Below, one piece after another: positions 1 through 9,022 of a stretch of DNA of 64,000 bases. Position numbers and translations under genes: made by a program. This DNA is from Chloroflexota bacterium. Lineage in GTDB: Bacteria; Chloroflexota; Dehalococcoidia; Lucifugimonadales; Australimonadaceae. Below the pieces are notes generated by a model. That model did no database searches and was not told the origin of the DNA. It saw nothing but the letters and a program-made list of their open reading frames with translations. The stretch lies in NCBI GenBank assembly GCA_028874795.1, contig JAPPHT010000056.1, positions 75,560 to 139,559 on the forward strand. The letters run 5' to 3'. Numbering within the stretch: the first letter of the stretch is position 1; each line of letters opens with the position of its first letter.

Positions 1-1345
1 CCGCCCTCCGCGCCAGGTCCATGAAGAGGACGAGGTCCAACACGATGGGCGCCGCGAGGATGGAGTCCGAGCAGAGGAAGTCGATCTTCATCTGCATGGG
101 ATGCCGCAGCCACCCGAACAGGTCGACGTTGTCCCAGCCCTCCTTCGCGTCCCCGCGCGGCGGGTAGTAGTTGATGCGCACCTTGTGATAGACGTCGCCG
201 TAGAGGTTCGGATACATATCCGGCTGCAGGATGTGCTCCAGCACGCCGAGCTTCGACTCCTCCTTCGTGCGGAAGTTTTCCGGCTCGTCGAGCACTTCAC
301 CGTCGCGGTTGCCGAGGATGTTGGTGGAGAACCAGCCGTTCAGCCCCAGCATGCGCGCCTTCAGCATCGGGCCGATGACGGTCTTCACCAGCGTCTGGCC
401 GGTCTTGAAGTCCTTGCCGCAGATGGGCACGCCCCTGTCTCGCGCGAGCCGTTCGAGCGCCGGTATGTCCACCGTCAGGTTCGGCGCGCCGTTGATGTAC
501 GGCACGCCTTCCTGCAGCGCGGCGTAGGCATAGATCATCGACGGCGCGATGTTGGGGTCGCTCGAGTGCAGCGCGGAGACGAAGCTCTCGATGTCCTGGT
601 GTATCTCTTCCTCGGTAATGAATTTCTCGGTGGACGCGCACCAGATCATCACCAGCCTGTCACAGCCGTTCTCCTCCTTGAACCGGCGCATGTCCTCCCT
701 GATCGTCTCGACCGCATCGAGCTTGCTGCCGACCTGCTTGACGTTCGTACCGTTGATGCGCTTGGCGTAGTCCTGGTCGAACACCGCGGGCATCGGTTCG
801 ATCGCCCTGAGGTAGTCCGCGATCGGCTCGATCTCTTCGTAACGGTCGAGCACGCCTGCCCGGAGCGCGGCCTCGTAGGCGTTGTCCGGTATCGGGTCCC
901 ACGCGCCGAAGACCAGTTGGTCGAGCTCTGCGAGCGGCACGAACTCCTTGATGAGCGGCGCCCGGCTGTCGGTCCGCCTGCCGAGCCGGATCGTCGCCAT
1001 CTGCGTGAGCGACCCGACCGGCTCGCCGGAGCCGCGCCGTATGTGCTCGACGCCTGCGATGACGGTCGACGAGACCGCCCCTAGCCCCACCATCAGGACC
1101 CCGAGCTTGCCGTCCGCCGGCTCGACGCCGTCCACGGTCGACTCCATGAAGTCGCTTGGGTCGAGCGCGATGCCCCGTCTCCGGGCGAGGTCCATGAGCG
1201 TCCCATGCCACTGGGCGGGGATCCTTCCCGTCCTGGCCCAGTGCTGCACGGTGCTCTGGCGTCTGCCCAGCAGGCCCGCCAGCGCGGACTGCCCTCCGAA
1301 GCGTTCGATGATCTGCTTTGCGGTGTTGTGCTGTTGTGTGCTCAT
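1..1345 (-). CDS. ino1: Myo-inositol-1-phosphate synthase with N-terminal Cro/YdaS-like HTH; 3' end runs off the window
   Basis: Manual translation (absent from the ORF track): MSTQQHNTAKQIIERFGGQSALAGLLGRRQSTVQHWARTGRIP...DFMESTVDGVEPADGKLGVLMVGLGAVSSTVIAG...GKDFKTGQTLVKT...WFSTNILGNRDG...DFLCSDSILAAPIVLDL, typical MIPS motifs. Confidence 0.9.
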   Translation of the reverse strand, partial: MSTQQHNTAKQIIERFGGQSALAGLLGRRQSTVQHWARTGRIPAQWHGTLMDLARRRGIALDPSDFMESTVDGVEPADGKLGVLMVGLGAVSSTVIAGVEHIRRGSGEPVGSLTQMATIRLGRRTDSRAPLIKEFVPLAELDQLVFGAWDPIPDNAYEAALRAGVLDRYEEIEPIADYLRAIEPMPAVFDQDYAKRINGTNVKQVGSKLDAVETIREDMRRFKEENGCDRLVMIWCASTEKFITEEEIHQDIESFVSALHSSDPNIAPSMIYAYAALQEGVPYINGAPNLTVDIPALERLARDRGVPICGKDFKTGQTLVKTVIGPMLKARMLGLNGWFSTNILGNRDGEVLDEPENFRTKEESKLGVLEHILQPDMYPNLYGDVYHKVRINYYPPRGDAKEGWDNVDLFGWLRHPMQMKIDFLCSDSILAAPIVLDLVLFMDLARRA

Positions 1346-1353
1346 GGCAGAGC

Positions 1354-1382
1354 AAGCTACCGATAAAATCGTTAGCTGTCAA
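1354..1382 (-). promoter_or_regulatory. Sigma70-type promoter TTGACA-17-TAGCTT overlapped by palindrome AGCTA-C-CGAT-AAA-ATCG-T-TAGCT (1355-1377)
   Basis: Read directly; the -10 lies 8 nt before the ATG and no Shine-Dalgarno is visible. Confidence 0.7.
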
Positions 1383-1391
1383 GCCGGCACG

Positions 1392-2369
1392 TCAGTTGCC
1401 AGCGCCGAGGACGCCCTCTCCGCCGACGGCCCGCAGCGCCTCACTGAAAGCCTCGATGGCCCGGAGCGGGTCTTCGCCCGCAAACTGGACGCGGGCTATG
1501 AAGTGACGGCTCTTCGTCTCCTCAGCGAACGCAAGCGCCCTCGTCGCCGCCTCGCCGGGAGTGCCCGACGCCACCATCGCGTCCACGAGCTGCCGCACCT
1601 GCGCCGACGACAACTTCGATACGGTCGAGACGTCCGCGAGCAGCGGCATCCGTTCCCGCAGCACCCGGGAGAAGACCCTGCTCCGCCGCAACACGTTGGA
1701 GAGCGCGTACTCCGCGGCGCTCTCGTACGCGTGGTCCGGCGAGTCCGCCATGAACACCGGCAGCCCCAGGGCGACCGGGATACGTTCCTCTTCCCGCCCC
1801 GCGGCGCGGGCCCCGGCCTGAACGTGCCCCACCGCGACAGCCGCCACTTCGGGATCGACGCCCACCATCGCGTAGACGCCGTCGGCGGACGCGCCGCCTG
1901 CCTCGAGCATGCCCGGGCTGCTGGCGTTGATGTAGACGGGCACGGAGGGCTCGGACGAGAGCTCGGTCGCCAGCGTCCGCCGGATCGCCTCCGCGGCCTC
2001 CCGCATCTCCGAGACGGTTGCGCCGGGTCTGCCCACGTACTCGACCGCGTTCTGCCCGCTCCCGATAACGAGACGGGCGCGTCCCGGCGCCAGCTCCCCC
2101 AGCGTCGCGGCGAGCGTCGCCAGCATCCGGGTGTTGCGGGAGACCGGGTTGGCGACCGACGGGAAGAGCGTCACGCGTTCCGTGCGCTGGGCGGCGAGCG
2201 CCAGGCGGACGAACACGTCCCTGCCGGTGTGCGGGTGGTCCGGCATCCCCACGCCCGCGAAGCCCAGCTCTTCCGCCCGCACCGCGAACCGCGACGACTC
2301 GGCGAGCGGCTGGTTCGTCGGGTCGTTGACGTCGATGCGCAGGCGCAGTTCCGCTGCGGTGTCGGACAT
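1392..2369 (-). CDS. LLM-class (luciferase-like, probably F420-dependent) oxidoreductase
   Basis: RAEELGF..MPDHPH.GRDVFV.LALAAQRTERV..SVANP..ELAPGR. Confidence 0.85.
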   Translation of the reverse strand: MSDTAAELRLRIDVNDPTNQPLAESSRFAVRAEELGFAGVGMPDHPHTGRDVFVRLALAAQRTERVTLFPSVANPVSRNTRMLATLAATLGELAPGRARLVIGSGQNAVEYVGRPGATVSEMREAAEAIRRTLATELSSEPSVPVYINASSPGMLEAGGASADGVYAMVGVDPEVAAVAVGHVQAGARAAGREEERIPVALGLPVFMADSPDHAYESAAEYALSNVLRRSRVFSRVLRERMPLLADVSTVSKLSSAQVRQLVDAMVASGTPGEAATRALAFAEETKSRHFIARVQFAGEDPLRAIEAFSEALRAVGGEGVLGAGN

Positions 2370-2471
2370 CGAGGCGTGCCTCCCTGGAGATCGCGCTCAC
2401 CATAGCACCCGCAGGCTGCAACGACCGGCGTGCTATGGATCGTCTGAACAAGCTAGGGGCCAACCGTACCC

Positions 2472-2530
2472 GTCATTCCCGCACCGGCAGGGATCCAGCG
2501 TGCGCGGGCAGCACACGGGTTGTGGGGAGC
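2472..2530 (+). repeat. REP-like element GTCATTCCCGC...GG(A/G)ATCCAG with conserved tail
   Basis: Similar to copies at 6098, 24818, 31402, 32779 and 37409. Confidence 0.7.
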
Positions 2531-2541
2531 GAGTGTAATGT

Positions 2542-2580
2542 TGTCATGCTGAGCGGAGCGCAGCGGAGTCGAAGTATCTC
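2542..2580 (+). repeat. TGTCATGCTGAGCGGAGCG...GAAGTATCTC palindromic-repeat arm
   Basis: Resembles the widespread GTCATxCTGAGCGxAGCGAAG-type extragenic repeat; single copy here. Confidence 0.45.
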
Positions 2581-2709
2581 TCAGGGGACGCCCGTTCGTT
2601 CAGAGCATCCCTGAGTACGCGCATCCGGGCTGTGGATCGAGGGGTTCCGGGAACATGGCACCCGCCCCTTTCGCAATCGTCTCCTGTCCGCGTACGCGGG
2701 TCGAGAAGA

Positions 2710-2762
2710 TTGCACTGACCTGGCAGAAGGCATATGGTAGAAAGCGTCGCAGAGATTCTACC
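2710..2762 (+). promoter_or_regulatory. vapBC promoter TTGCAC-17-TATGGT with inverted repeat GGTAGAA-N13-TTCTACC (candidate operator)
   Basis: Read directly; the inverted repeat at 2736-2762 overlaps the -10. Confidence 0.6.
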
Positions 2763-2776
2763 CTGACGGTGCTCCG

Positions 2777-3034
2777 ATGAGCCTGAACATCAAGAATGAG
2801 GAGACCTGCCGGCTGGCGGGTGAACTCGCCGACCTCACCGGCGAGACGATGACCGGCGCGATCACGGTCGCCCTCAAGGAACGCCTGGAGCGCGAAAGGC
2901 ACCAGCGCAGCGTCGAGGAGCGGCTGCGCCGCATACGCGCCATCGCGGAACGCTTCGCGGCGCAGTTCCCCGACAGCGGCCCACCGATAGACCACGCCGA
3001 GCTGCTGTACGACGAGCGAGGCCTGCCGAAGTGA
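2777..3034 (+). CDS. vapB: Type II antitoxin VapB (Rv0623-like)
   Basis: MSLNIKNEETCRLAGELA.LTGETMT.AI..AL.ERL; GTGA overlap with the PIN gene. Confidence 0.9.
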   Translation: MSLNIKNEETCRLAGELADLTGETMTGAITVALKERLERERHQRSVEERLRRIRAIAERFAAQFPDSGPPIDHAELLYDERGLPK

Positions 3035-3429
3035 TCCTGGATGCGTCGGCGGTGGTCGCCATCCTGTTCCGGGAGAGCGATGCGCATCGATACGAGGAGG
3101 CGATAGCTGCCGCACCGTACTGCCGCATGTCAGTAGTCAACTTCGTAGAGGCGGCTATGGTCCTCGAAAGCAGGGACGGCCCGGCAAGAGGAGTGTCCCT
3201 TGATGTGTTCATGGAAACCGCGCACGTGGAAATGACTCCGGTCACCCCAGAGCACGCGTACGCCGCGCGGCAGGCATGGCGGCGCTTCGGCAAGGGCAAC
3301 CACCCTGCGGGGCTGAACTTCGGCGACTGCTTCGCCTACGCCCTCGCGCAGACCAGCGGCGAATCGCTGCTCTTCAAAGGCGGAGACTTCGCACTCACGG
3401 ACGTCGAGGACGCGCTCGCCCAGCAGTGA
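3031..3429 (+). CDS. vapC: PIN-domain toxin VapC
   Basis: ILDASAVVAIL..E; FGKGNHPAGLNFGDCFAYALA; LLFKGGDF. Confidence 0.93.
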   Translation: MILDASAVVAILFRESDAHRYEEAIAAAPYCRMSVVNFVEAAMVLESRDGPARGVSLDVFMETAHVEMTPVTPEHAYAARQAWRRFGKGNHPAGLNFGDCFAYALAQTSGESLLFKGGDFALTDVEDALAQQ

Positions 3430-3579
3430 CGTCCGCCTGTTTATGGTGAGGCTTTCGCCCTCCACCACTGACACCCACCCCCTTCCGCAGTCGCCCCCTG
3501 CCCCGCACGCTGGTCCCATGACGGCGTAGGACATGCGACAGGCTATACGCCAGCGTTACAATCCCATTGGGAGGGAATC

Positions 3580-4407
3580 GTGACGGCTGAGCAGAGGGCT
3601 TTGTTCTGCGTGTGGGCCGGGGAGGGCGGCAGGTACGCTGACGCATTCGTCAGGGGCGCGTACGTGGCCATTGGGTGGCCCGAAGTCCAGGACCTGCACA
3701 GGGTGGACTCCTACGATGAACTCCGCGAGCGGCTTCAGGAAGCGTACCCCAACGAGCCCTCGGGACGGGTACGCAACTACCTCGGCCAGATCGGCAACTT
3801 CGTTCTGAAGATGCATATCGGCGACCTCGTCATCACTCCCTGCCCTGACCACGGCCTCTTGCGCGTCGGCGAAGTGATCTCTTATCCGTTCAAGGTCCTG
3901 AATGTAGACGAATCTTCTCCCTATCCCCACAGGCGTAAGGTCGAATGGGGCATGGAACTCCGGCGCTCGGACCTGCCGGACGCCGTCCTGCGCTCGCTGG
4001 GGTCGTCCCAGGCGGTATTCCGCATCGAGGGAGCCGGGGCATGGCTGGAAGCGAACGGATACGCGCCGTTCTCACGGGAGACGGATGGCGGATGGGGCGG
4101 TGCGCCGGACTCGCATGTCCCTGCCCTCCTGGAAGTAGAGCCGCGCGAGGGCTATCGCCTCTGGCTGCGCTACGACAACGGAGTGTGCGGGGAAGTGGAC
4201 ATGTCGGACACTCCCCGAACGGGTGTATTCGCGGCATGGAACGACCGCGTCTTCTTCGCAACCGCACACCTCGACGGATACGGCGCCGTTGTATGGGGCG
4301 AGGATGAGCAGTTGGACGCCTGCGCCGACTATCTCTATATGCGGCTCACCGGCAAGTCTGCGGAGGAACTGATGCCGGGATTGCGGAGTTCACTGACCGA
4401 TGCCTGA
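3580..4407 (+). CDS. Fusion of an Mrr/COG4127-type N-terminal domain with a C-terminal DUF2442 antitoxin domain
   Basis: N-term VWAGEGG..F...YVAIGW..GQIGNFV.KM.IGDLV..PHRRKVEW; C-term EVEPREGYRLWLRYDNG..GEVD..VVWGEDEQLDACADYLY. Confidence 0.7.
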   Translation: MTAEQRALFCVWAGEGGRYADAFVRGAYVAIGWPEVQDLHRVDSYDELRERLQEAYPNEPSGRVRNYLGQIGNFVLKMHIGDLVITPCPDHGLLRVGEVISYPFKVLNVDESSPYPHRRKVEWGMELRRSDLPDAVLRSLGSSQAVFRIEGAGAWLEANGYAPFSRETDGGWGGAPDSHVPALLEVEPREGYRLWLRYDNGVCGEVDMSDTPRTGVFAAWNDRVFFATAHLDGYGAVVWGEDEQLDACADYLYMRLTGKSAEELMPGLRSSLTDA

Positions 4408-4660
4408 ACTCTGCCGCTTCTACGGCATCGTGGTTCGTATGCGCTACAACGACCATGACCCTCCACACTTTCACGCTGCCTACGGAGACCAGGAGGCCCA
4501 GATCAGGATAGACAACCTCGAAATCCTCAACGGACGACTGCCGGGACGCGCGATCCGCCTTGTCATGGAATGGGCGTCCCTGCATCAGGAAGAGCTGTGG
4601 GAGGTTTGGGAGCGCAGAACGCGCCAGGAGCCACTCGGCTCCATCGAACCGCTACCGTAG
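4400..4660 (+). CDS. DUF4160 family protein (HicA-like toxin)
   Basis: MPELCRFYGIVVRM.YNDHDPPHFHA.YG..LVMEWASLHQEEL..W. Confidence 0.88.
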   Translation: MPELCRFYGIVVRMRYNDHDPPHFHAAYGDQEAQIRIDNLEILNGRLPGRAIRLVMEWASLHQEELWEVWERRTRQEPLGSIEPLP

Positions 4661-4770
4661 ACCACTGCGACACCCGCCCCTTCCCCCATCGCTCCTTGCC
4701 CGCGTACGCTGGTTCCATGAGCGAAGCGACGGTCCGGGCAGCCGCAGCCGCCACCCGCACGTGTGGACCG

Positions 4771-4852
4771 GAACTGGCCGAAATGAGCCGTTCCTGGCCG
4801 AAATGAGCCGTTCCTGACCGGAAATGAGCTGCGGATGAGCGGTTTTGAGCCG
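4771..4852 (+). repeat. 20-bp tandem repeat (TTCCTGGCCGAAATGAGCCG, about 3 copies) decaying into 10-bp TGAGC units
   Basis: Read directly. Confidence 0.8.
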
Positions 4853-5081
4853 TCCGACAGTTCACTCGAAGGGCCGTTTCCAGAGGTGGATTCCGGGCGG
4901 ATGAACTGAAATGAACAGCACTTCCCCCCCAACGTTCACTGTGGTCCCCGTCAACCGCATCCTGTGCATCCCGTCTGCCCCGTAGACTCTGGCTCGGATG
5001 GCGGAGCGCGCCCCATTGACACCCCACCCCACGACACCTAGCCTCACGCGCAGGCGTCCACCCGACGCCACGGAGGAACAG

Positions 5082-6092
5082 ATGGCCACCATCGCAGGGA
5101 TCGTGCCGGAGGAGCTGGCGCAGCTGTCGCCGGAGGAGCTGTACGCCCTCTACATGGAGAAGCAGGTGAACTTCGGGCGCGCCGCGCTCGCGCTCGACAA
5201 GCGCAGGAAGCTGGGCCGCGTCCACGTCCCCGCCGAGGAGGCCGACGTGCAGAACGCCGGGCCGAACCAGCGCATGATCGTGGGGCCGGAGCTCGGCTTC
5301 AACGTTCACAACCTGCACGTCTTCACGTCCGGGCGCGCGGGCGGCTCGGAGCGTTACCACACCCACGGCGACGCGCTCAAGTTCTACGTGAAAGGCGGCG
5401 GCCAGGAGCTGATCGAGGACGTGCGGTTCGACGTGAAGGTCGGCGACTTCTGCCACGTCCCGGCGAACATCTGGCACGGCACCGAGAACCCGCACCCGGA
5501 GCCGCTCGTCTTCCTCGCCGCGCAGCAGTTCCCCGGCACCTACCGCCAGGTGCCGACGCCGTTCGTCCACATCGCCGCGCCCCACAAGGCCCCCGAGGTG
5601 AGCGACCTCTCCGACGAGGAGCTCGGCAAGCTGGAGCCGTGGCCGCTCTACCTCCGCTACCTGGAGGAGCAGATGGCGTTCGGGCGCGTCGCGCTGGAGA
5701 TGCAGCGCAGGCGGGAGCAGAAGCGCCTCCACGTCCCGGCGGAGGAGGCCCCCATCATGGAGTGGGGCCCCGGCAGGCACCACATCATGTCGCCGGAGCT
5801 CGGCTTCGACATCTACTCGTTCCAACTGTTCATGGAGAACGTCCCCGCGCGCACGGAGAACGGCTCGCCCCAGACCTCCGGCGACGCCGTCCGCTACTAC
5901 ATCGCCGGCGAGGGCGTCGAGGTCATCGGAGAGGAGCGCATCCACGTCCGCACGGGCGACTTCACCTGCATCCCCGCGGGGACGCGGAGCGAGACGACCA
6001 ACCCGCACGACGAGGACCTGCGCTTCATCAGCTGGCAGCAGATACCGGGCACCTACGTGCAGGTGCACATGCCCGTCCTGCCCGTGGACTAA
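5082..6092 (+). CDS. Bicupin protein, internally duplicated
   Basis: Two similar halves; first has YHTHGDA and WHGTEN, second has PQTSGDA; GGAGG RBS before ATG 5082. Confidence 0.8.
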   Translation: MATIAGIVPEELAQLSPEELYALYMEKQVNFGRAALALDKRRKLGRVHVPAEEADVQNAGPNQRMIVGPELGFNVHNLHVFTSGRAGGSERYHTHGDALKFYVKGGGQELIEDVRFDVKVGDFCHVPANIWHGTENPHPEPLVFLAAQQFPGTYRQVPTPFVHIAAPHKAPEVSDLSDEELGKLEPWPLYLRYLEEQMAFGRVALEMQRRREQKRLHVPAEEAPIMEWGPGRHHIMSPELGFDIYSFQLFMENVPARTENGSPQTSGDAVRYYIAGEGVEVIGEERIHVRTGDFTCIPAGTRSETTNPHDEDLRFISWQQIPGTYVQVHMPVLPVD

Positions 6093-6097
6093 CCCCC

Positions 6098-6121
6098 GTC
6101 ATTCCCGCGAAGGCGGGAATC
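6098..6121 (+). repeat. REP-like palindrome GTCATTCCCGCGAAGGCGGGAATC
   Basis: Directly after the cupin stop codon. Confidence 0.8.
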
Positions 6122-6233
6122 TCGCCCCCATGGAGTTGGGTGTCTGGTTCACTCTCCTGACGGAGAGGGGGAGGATGAGAGTACTGCGACAGGAACGGGT
6201 GTACGTGATGAGGAGCGACAAGGGGGAGCAGCC

Positions 6234-8399
6234 ATGACCACCTACCGCGGCCAGGGCATGGCCCGCATGGAGGACGAACGGCTGCTGCGCGGCGGCGGCA
6301 CGTTCGTCGACGACATCCAACTGGACGGCATGCTCCACGCCGCGGTGCTCCGCAGCACGGAGGCGCACGCCCGCATCCGATCGATCGACACTTCGGCCGC
6401 GCTTGCAAGTCCCGGTGTCGCCGTCGTCTACACCGGCGCGGACCTGGACGGCGTCGTGCCGGACATCGGCGCGATACGCCGCGAGGGCATGGGCGAGACG
6501 CCCGTCCCCGAGCACCCCGTGCTGGCGAAGGGCCGCGTCTGCTACGTCGGCCAGCCCGTCGCCCTCATCGTGGCCTCGACGCGAGCGCAGGCGTTCGACG
6601 CGCGTGACCGCATCGCCGTCGACTACGAGCCGCTCCCGCCCCTGCTCGACCCGCGCGAATCGGCGTCGGACGCCGCACCCCTCCACCCCGACATCGGCAC
6701 GAACGTCGTGATGCGCACGGAGGCGGGCGCGGGCAACGTCGCCGAGGCGTTCGAGAACGCCGACGAGATCGTCGAGGCCTCGTACGAGGTCCCCCGCCTC
6801 GTTGCGATGCCGATGGAGACCCGCGGCATCGTCGTCGCGCCGGACGCGGAGAGCGGACGGGTCACGGTGTGGACGTCCACGCAGGTGCCGCACCGCGTCA
6901 AGGCGTTCCTCGCGATGCTCCTTCCGGGCGACGTCGACGTGCGCGTCATCACCCCGGACGTCGGCGGGGGCTTCGGGCGCAAGATCGAGGTTTGGCCGGA
7001 AGAGGTCGTAGCGGCGTACGCGGCGGTACAGCTGGGCGCGCCGGTCAAGTGGACGGAGCAGCGCTCCGAGAGCACGCTCGCTTCGCACGGGCGCGGATTC
7101 ACCGCGGACGTGGAGGCGGCGGTGCGCTCGGACGGCACGATGCTCGGCGTCCGCATCCGCATGCTGGCAGATATGGGTGCCTACTTCCTCACGTCCAGCG
7201 GCGGGCCGCTGGGCAACGCCGTGCAGCGCGTCGCCGGGCCGTACGCCATCCCCGCGATGGACGTGGAGTGCCTCGGCGTGACGACGAACCGCCCTCCCAC
7301 GGGACCCTACCGCGGCGCGGGCGGGCCCGAGGCCGCCGTGCCCATCGAGCGCATCATGGACGACGCCGCGCGGCAGCTTGGCATGGACCCCGCCGAGATA
7401 CGACGCCGCAACTTCATCCCCGCCGACGCCTTCCCCTACCAGACCGCCACCGGCCTGCTCTACGACTCCGGCGACTTCCACACCGCGTTCGACCGCGCGC
7501 TCGGCATGGCCGGCTACGCGGGTCTACGCGAGCGGCAGGCGTCCGAAGGCGGCCCGTTCCGCACCGGCATCGGCGTCGCGACAGTCACCAAGGCGTCCGG
7601 CGGCAAGGCGGGTGTGCGCAAGAGCCTCACTCGCGTCGAGATGAAGCCGGACGGACGCGTGATCATCGTCACGGACGTATCGCCGCATGGCCAGGGCACG
7701 GCCACGTCGTTCTCGCAGATCGCGGCGGACACGCTCGGGATCGCCCCGGAGATGGTCGAACTCCACCACGGCGACACCGACGAGCTCGCGTCGGGCGGCG
7801 GCACGACGTCGAGCCGGGGCCTCGCGGTCGGCGGCAACGCGGCCTACCTGGCGCTCCAGGAGGTCAAGCGTCGGCTCGATGCCGCGGGCGGCGTCGTTCC
7901 CGCCAACGGCATCACGGTGGAACTGGAGTGGGAGCTGCCCGCCAACCCGTTCGGCTTCGCCGCCCACGTCGCGGTCGTTGAGCTGGACGAGGGCACCGGC
8001 GACGTGCGCCTCACGGACTACGCGGCAGTGCACGACTGTGGCCCGATGATCAACCCCGTCATCGTGCGCGGGCAGATACAGGGCGGCATCGCGCAGGGCA
8101 TCGGCCAGGCGCTGAGCGAGGGGATGCTCTACTCGGCGGCGGGCCAGCCCCGGACCGCCAGCTTCATGACCTACGGCATCCCCATTGCGGAATCGCTGCC
8201 CGCGTTCCTGCTGGAGAACCAGCAGACGCCCTCGCCGACCAACCCGCTGGGCATCAAGGGCATCGGCGAGCTGCCGACGGTCGCCGCGCCGGTGGCCGTC
8301 ACGAACGCGGTCGCGGACGCCCTCGCCCGCTCCGGCGCCGACGTGAGCGGCGTCGACATGCCGCTCCTCACCGAGCGCGTCTGGCGCGCCCTGGGGTGA
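6234..8399 (+). CDS. Xanthine dehydrogenase-family molybdopterin-binding large subunit (CoxL/CutL-like)
   Basis: R.ED.RLL.G.G.FVDD, DVGGGFG.K, PYRGAGGPE, GQG..T, GQIQGG, GIKGIGE. Confidence 0.9.
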   Translation: MTTYRGQGMARMEDERLLRGGGTFVDDIQLDGMLHAAVLRSTEAHARIRSIDTSAALASPGVAVVYTGADLDGVVPDIGAIRREGMGETPVPEHPVLAKGRVCYVGQPVALIVASTRAQAFDARDRIAVDYEPLPPLLDPRESASDAAPLHPDIGTNVVMRTEAGAGNVAEAFENADEIVEASYEVPRLVAMPMETRGIVVAPDAESGRVTVWTSTQVPHRVKAFLAMLLPGDVDVRVITPDVGGGFGRKIEVWPEEVVAAYAAVQLGAPVKWTEQRSESTLASHGRGFTADVEAAVRSDGTMLGVRIRMLADMGAYFLTSSGGPLGNAVQRVAGPYAIPAMDVECLGVTTNRPPTGPYRGAGGPEAAVPIERIMDDAARQLGMDPAEIRRRNFIPADAFPYQTATGLLYDSGDFHTAFDRALGMAGYAGLRERQASEGGPFRTGIGVATVTKASGGKAGVRKSLTRVEMKPDGRVIIVTDVSPHGQGTATSFSQIAADTLGIAPEMVELHHGDTDELASGGGTTSSRGLAVGGNAAYLALQEVKRRLDAAGGVVPANGITVELEWELPANPFGFAAHVAVVELDEGTGDVRLTDYAAVHDCGPMINPVIVRGQIQGGIAQGIGQALSEGMLYSAAGQPRTASFMTYGIPIAESLPAFLLENQQTPSPTNPLGIKGIGELPTVAAPVAVTNAVADALARSGADVSGVDMPLLTERVWRALG

Positions 8400-8409
8400 G
8401 GGGGACTGA

Positions 8410-8518
8410 TCCCCTCTCCTGGGGGAGAGGGTTAGGGTGAGGGCCCTGCGGGGTAGCGTGGGATGGGCTGGGGGCTGGTCCCTTCCCCCTCGATGGGGAA
8501 AGGTTAGGATGGGGGTGA
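8410..8518 (-). repeat. Two CCCTCACCCTAACCCTCTCCC...GGAGAGGGGA-type REP-like elements
   Basis: Copies at about 8410-8445 and 8479-8518; degenerate copy at about 6151-6182. Confidence 0.65.
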
Positions 8519-8624
8519 ATGGTGAGCCTGGCAAAGTTGCTACGTGTCCGCTGTGACACCCGCCCCTTGCGGTTCCCGTCCCCCGCCCTGCTACCATGCT
8601 CATACGCGCCCTGAAGGAGACGCC

Positions 8625-8848
8625 GTGACGACTGCACCGGCAGAGGACGTACCCCGCTACTTCCACGATTACGCCTTGGAGAACGAGCGGCAGCACAAGG
8701 AACTGCGCGATTACATCGACCGGGTGAGGATCGAACTCGGCGACCACCTCGGCAGGGTGGAAAGCAAACTCCGCATGATCAAGGCCATCAGCCTGGGCAT
8801 ATTCGGCACAGTGCTGCAGCGGCCTCCAAGTACGTCATCGGCTGGTGA
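8625..8848 (+). pseudogene. Small coiled-coil/C-terminal TM protein with a 1-nt deletion near 8815
   Basis: AAGGAG RBS and GTG start; MTTAPAEDVPRYFHDYALENERQH...IKAISLGIFGTVL then AAASKYVIGW* in a shifted frame, matching paralog 10169-10357. Confidence 0.75.
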
Positions 8849-9022
8849 ACCCACCGGAAGGCAGTGGCCTCATTTGGCCTCATTCCGGCCTTGTTCACGC
8901 TCGAACCGGCCCCGAAACGCCCCACCGTGGAGCCATCGGAACCCCGGAACGCACGAGTAAATGAGGCCAAACGATGCCAGATGCTGCCACAGTGACGGCG
9001 CTCGTCTGAAGGGAGGTCTCCT

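Noticed and set aside
4771-4852. Possible CRISPR array
   Set aside because: Contiguous 20-bp tandem units without unique spacers; no cas genes in the window
6234-8399. True aerobic CO dehydrogenase CoxL
   Set aside because: Active-site loop is PYRGAG rather than form I AYxCSFR; no coxM/coxS adjacent
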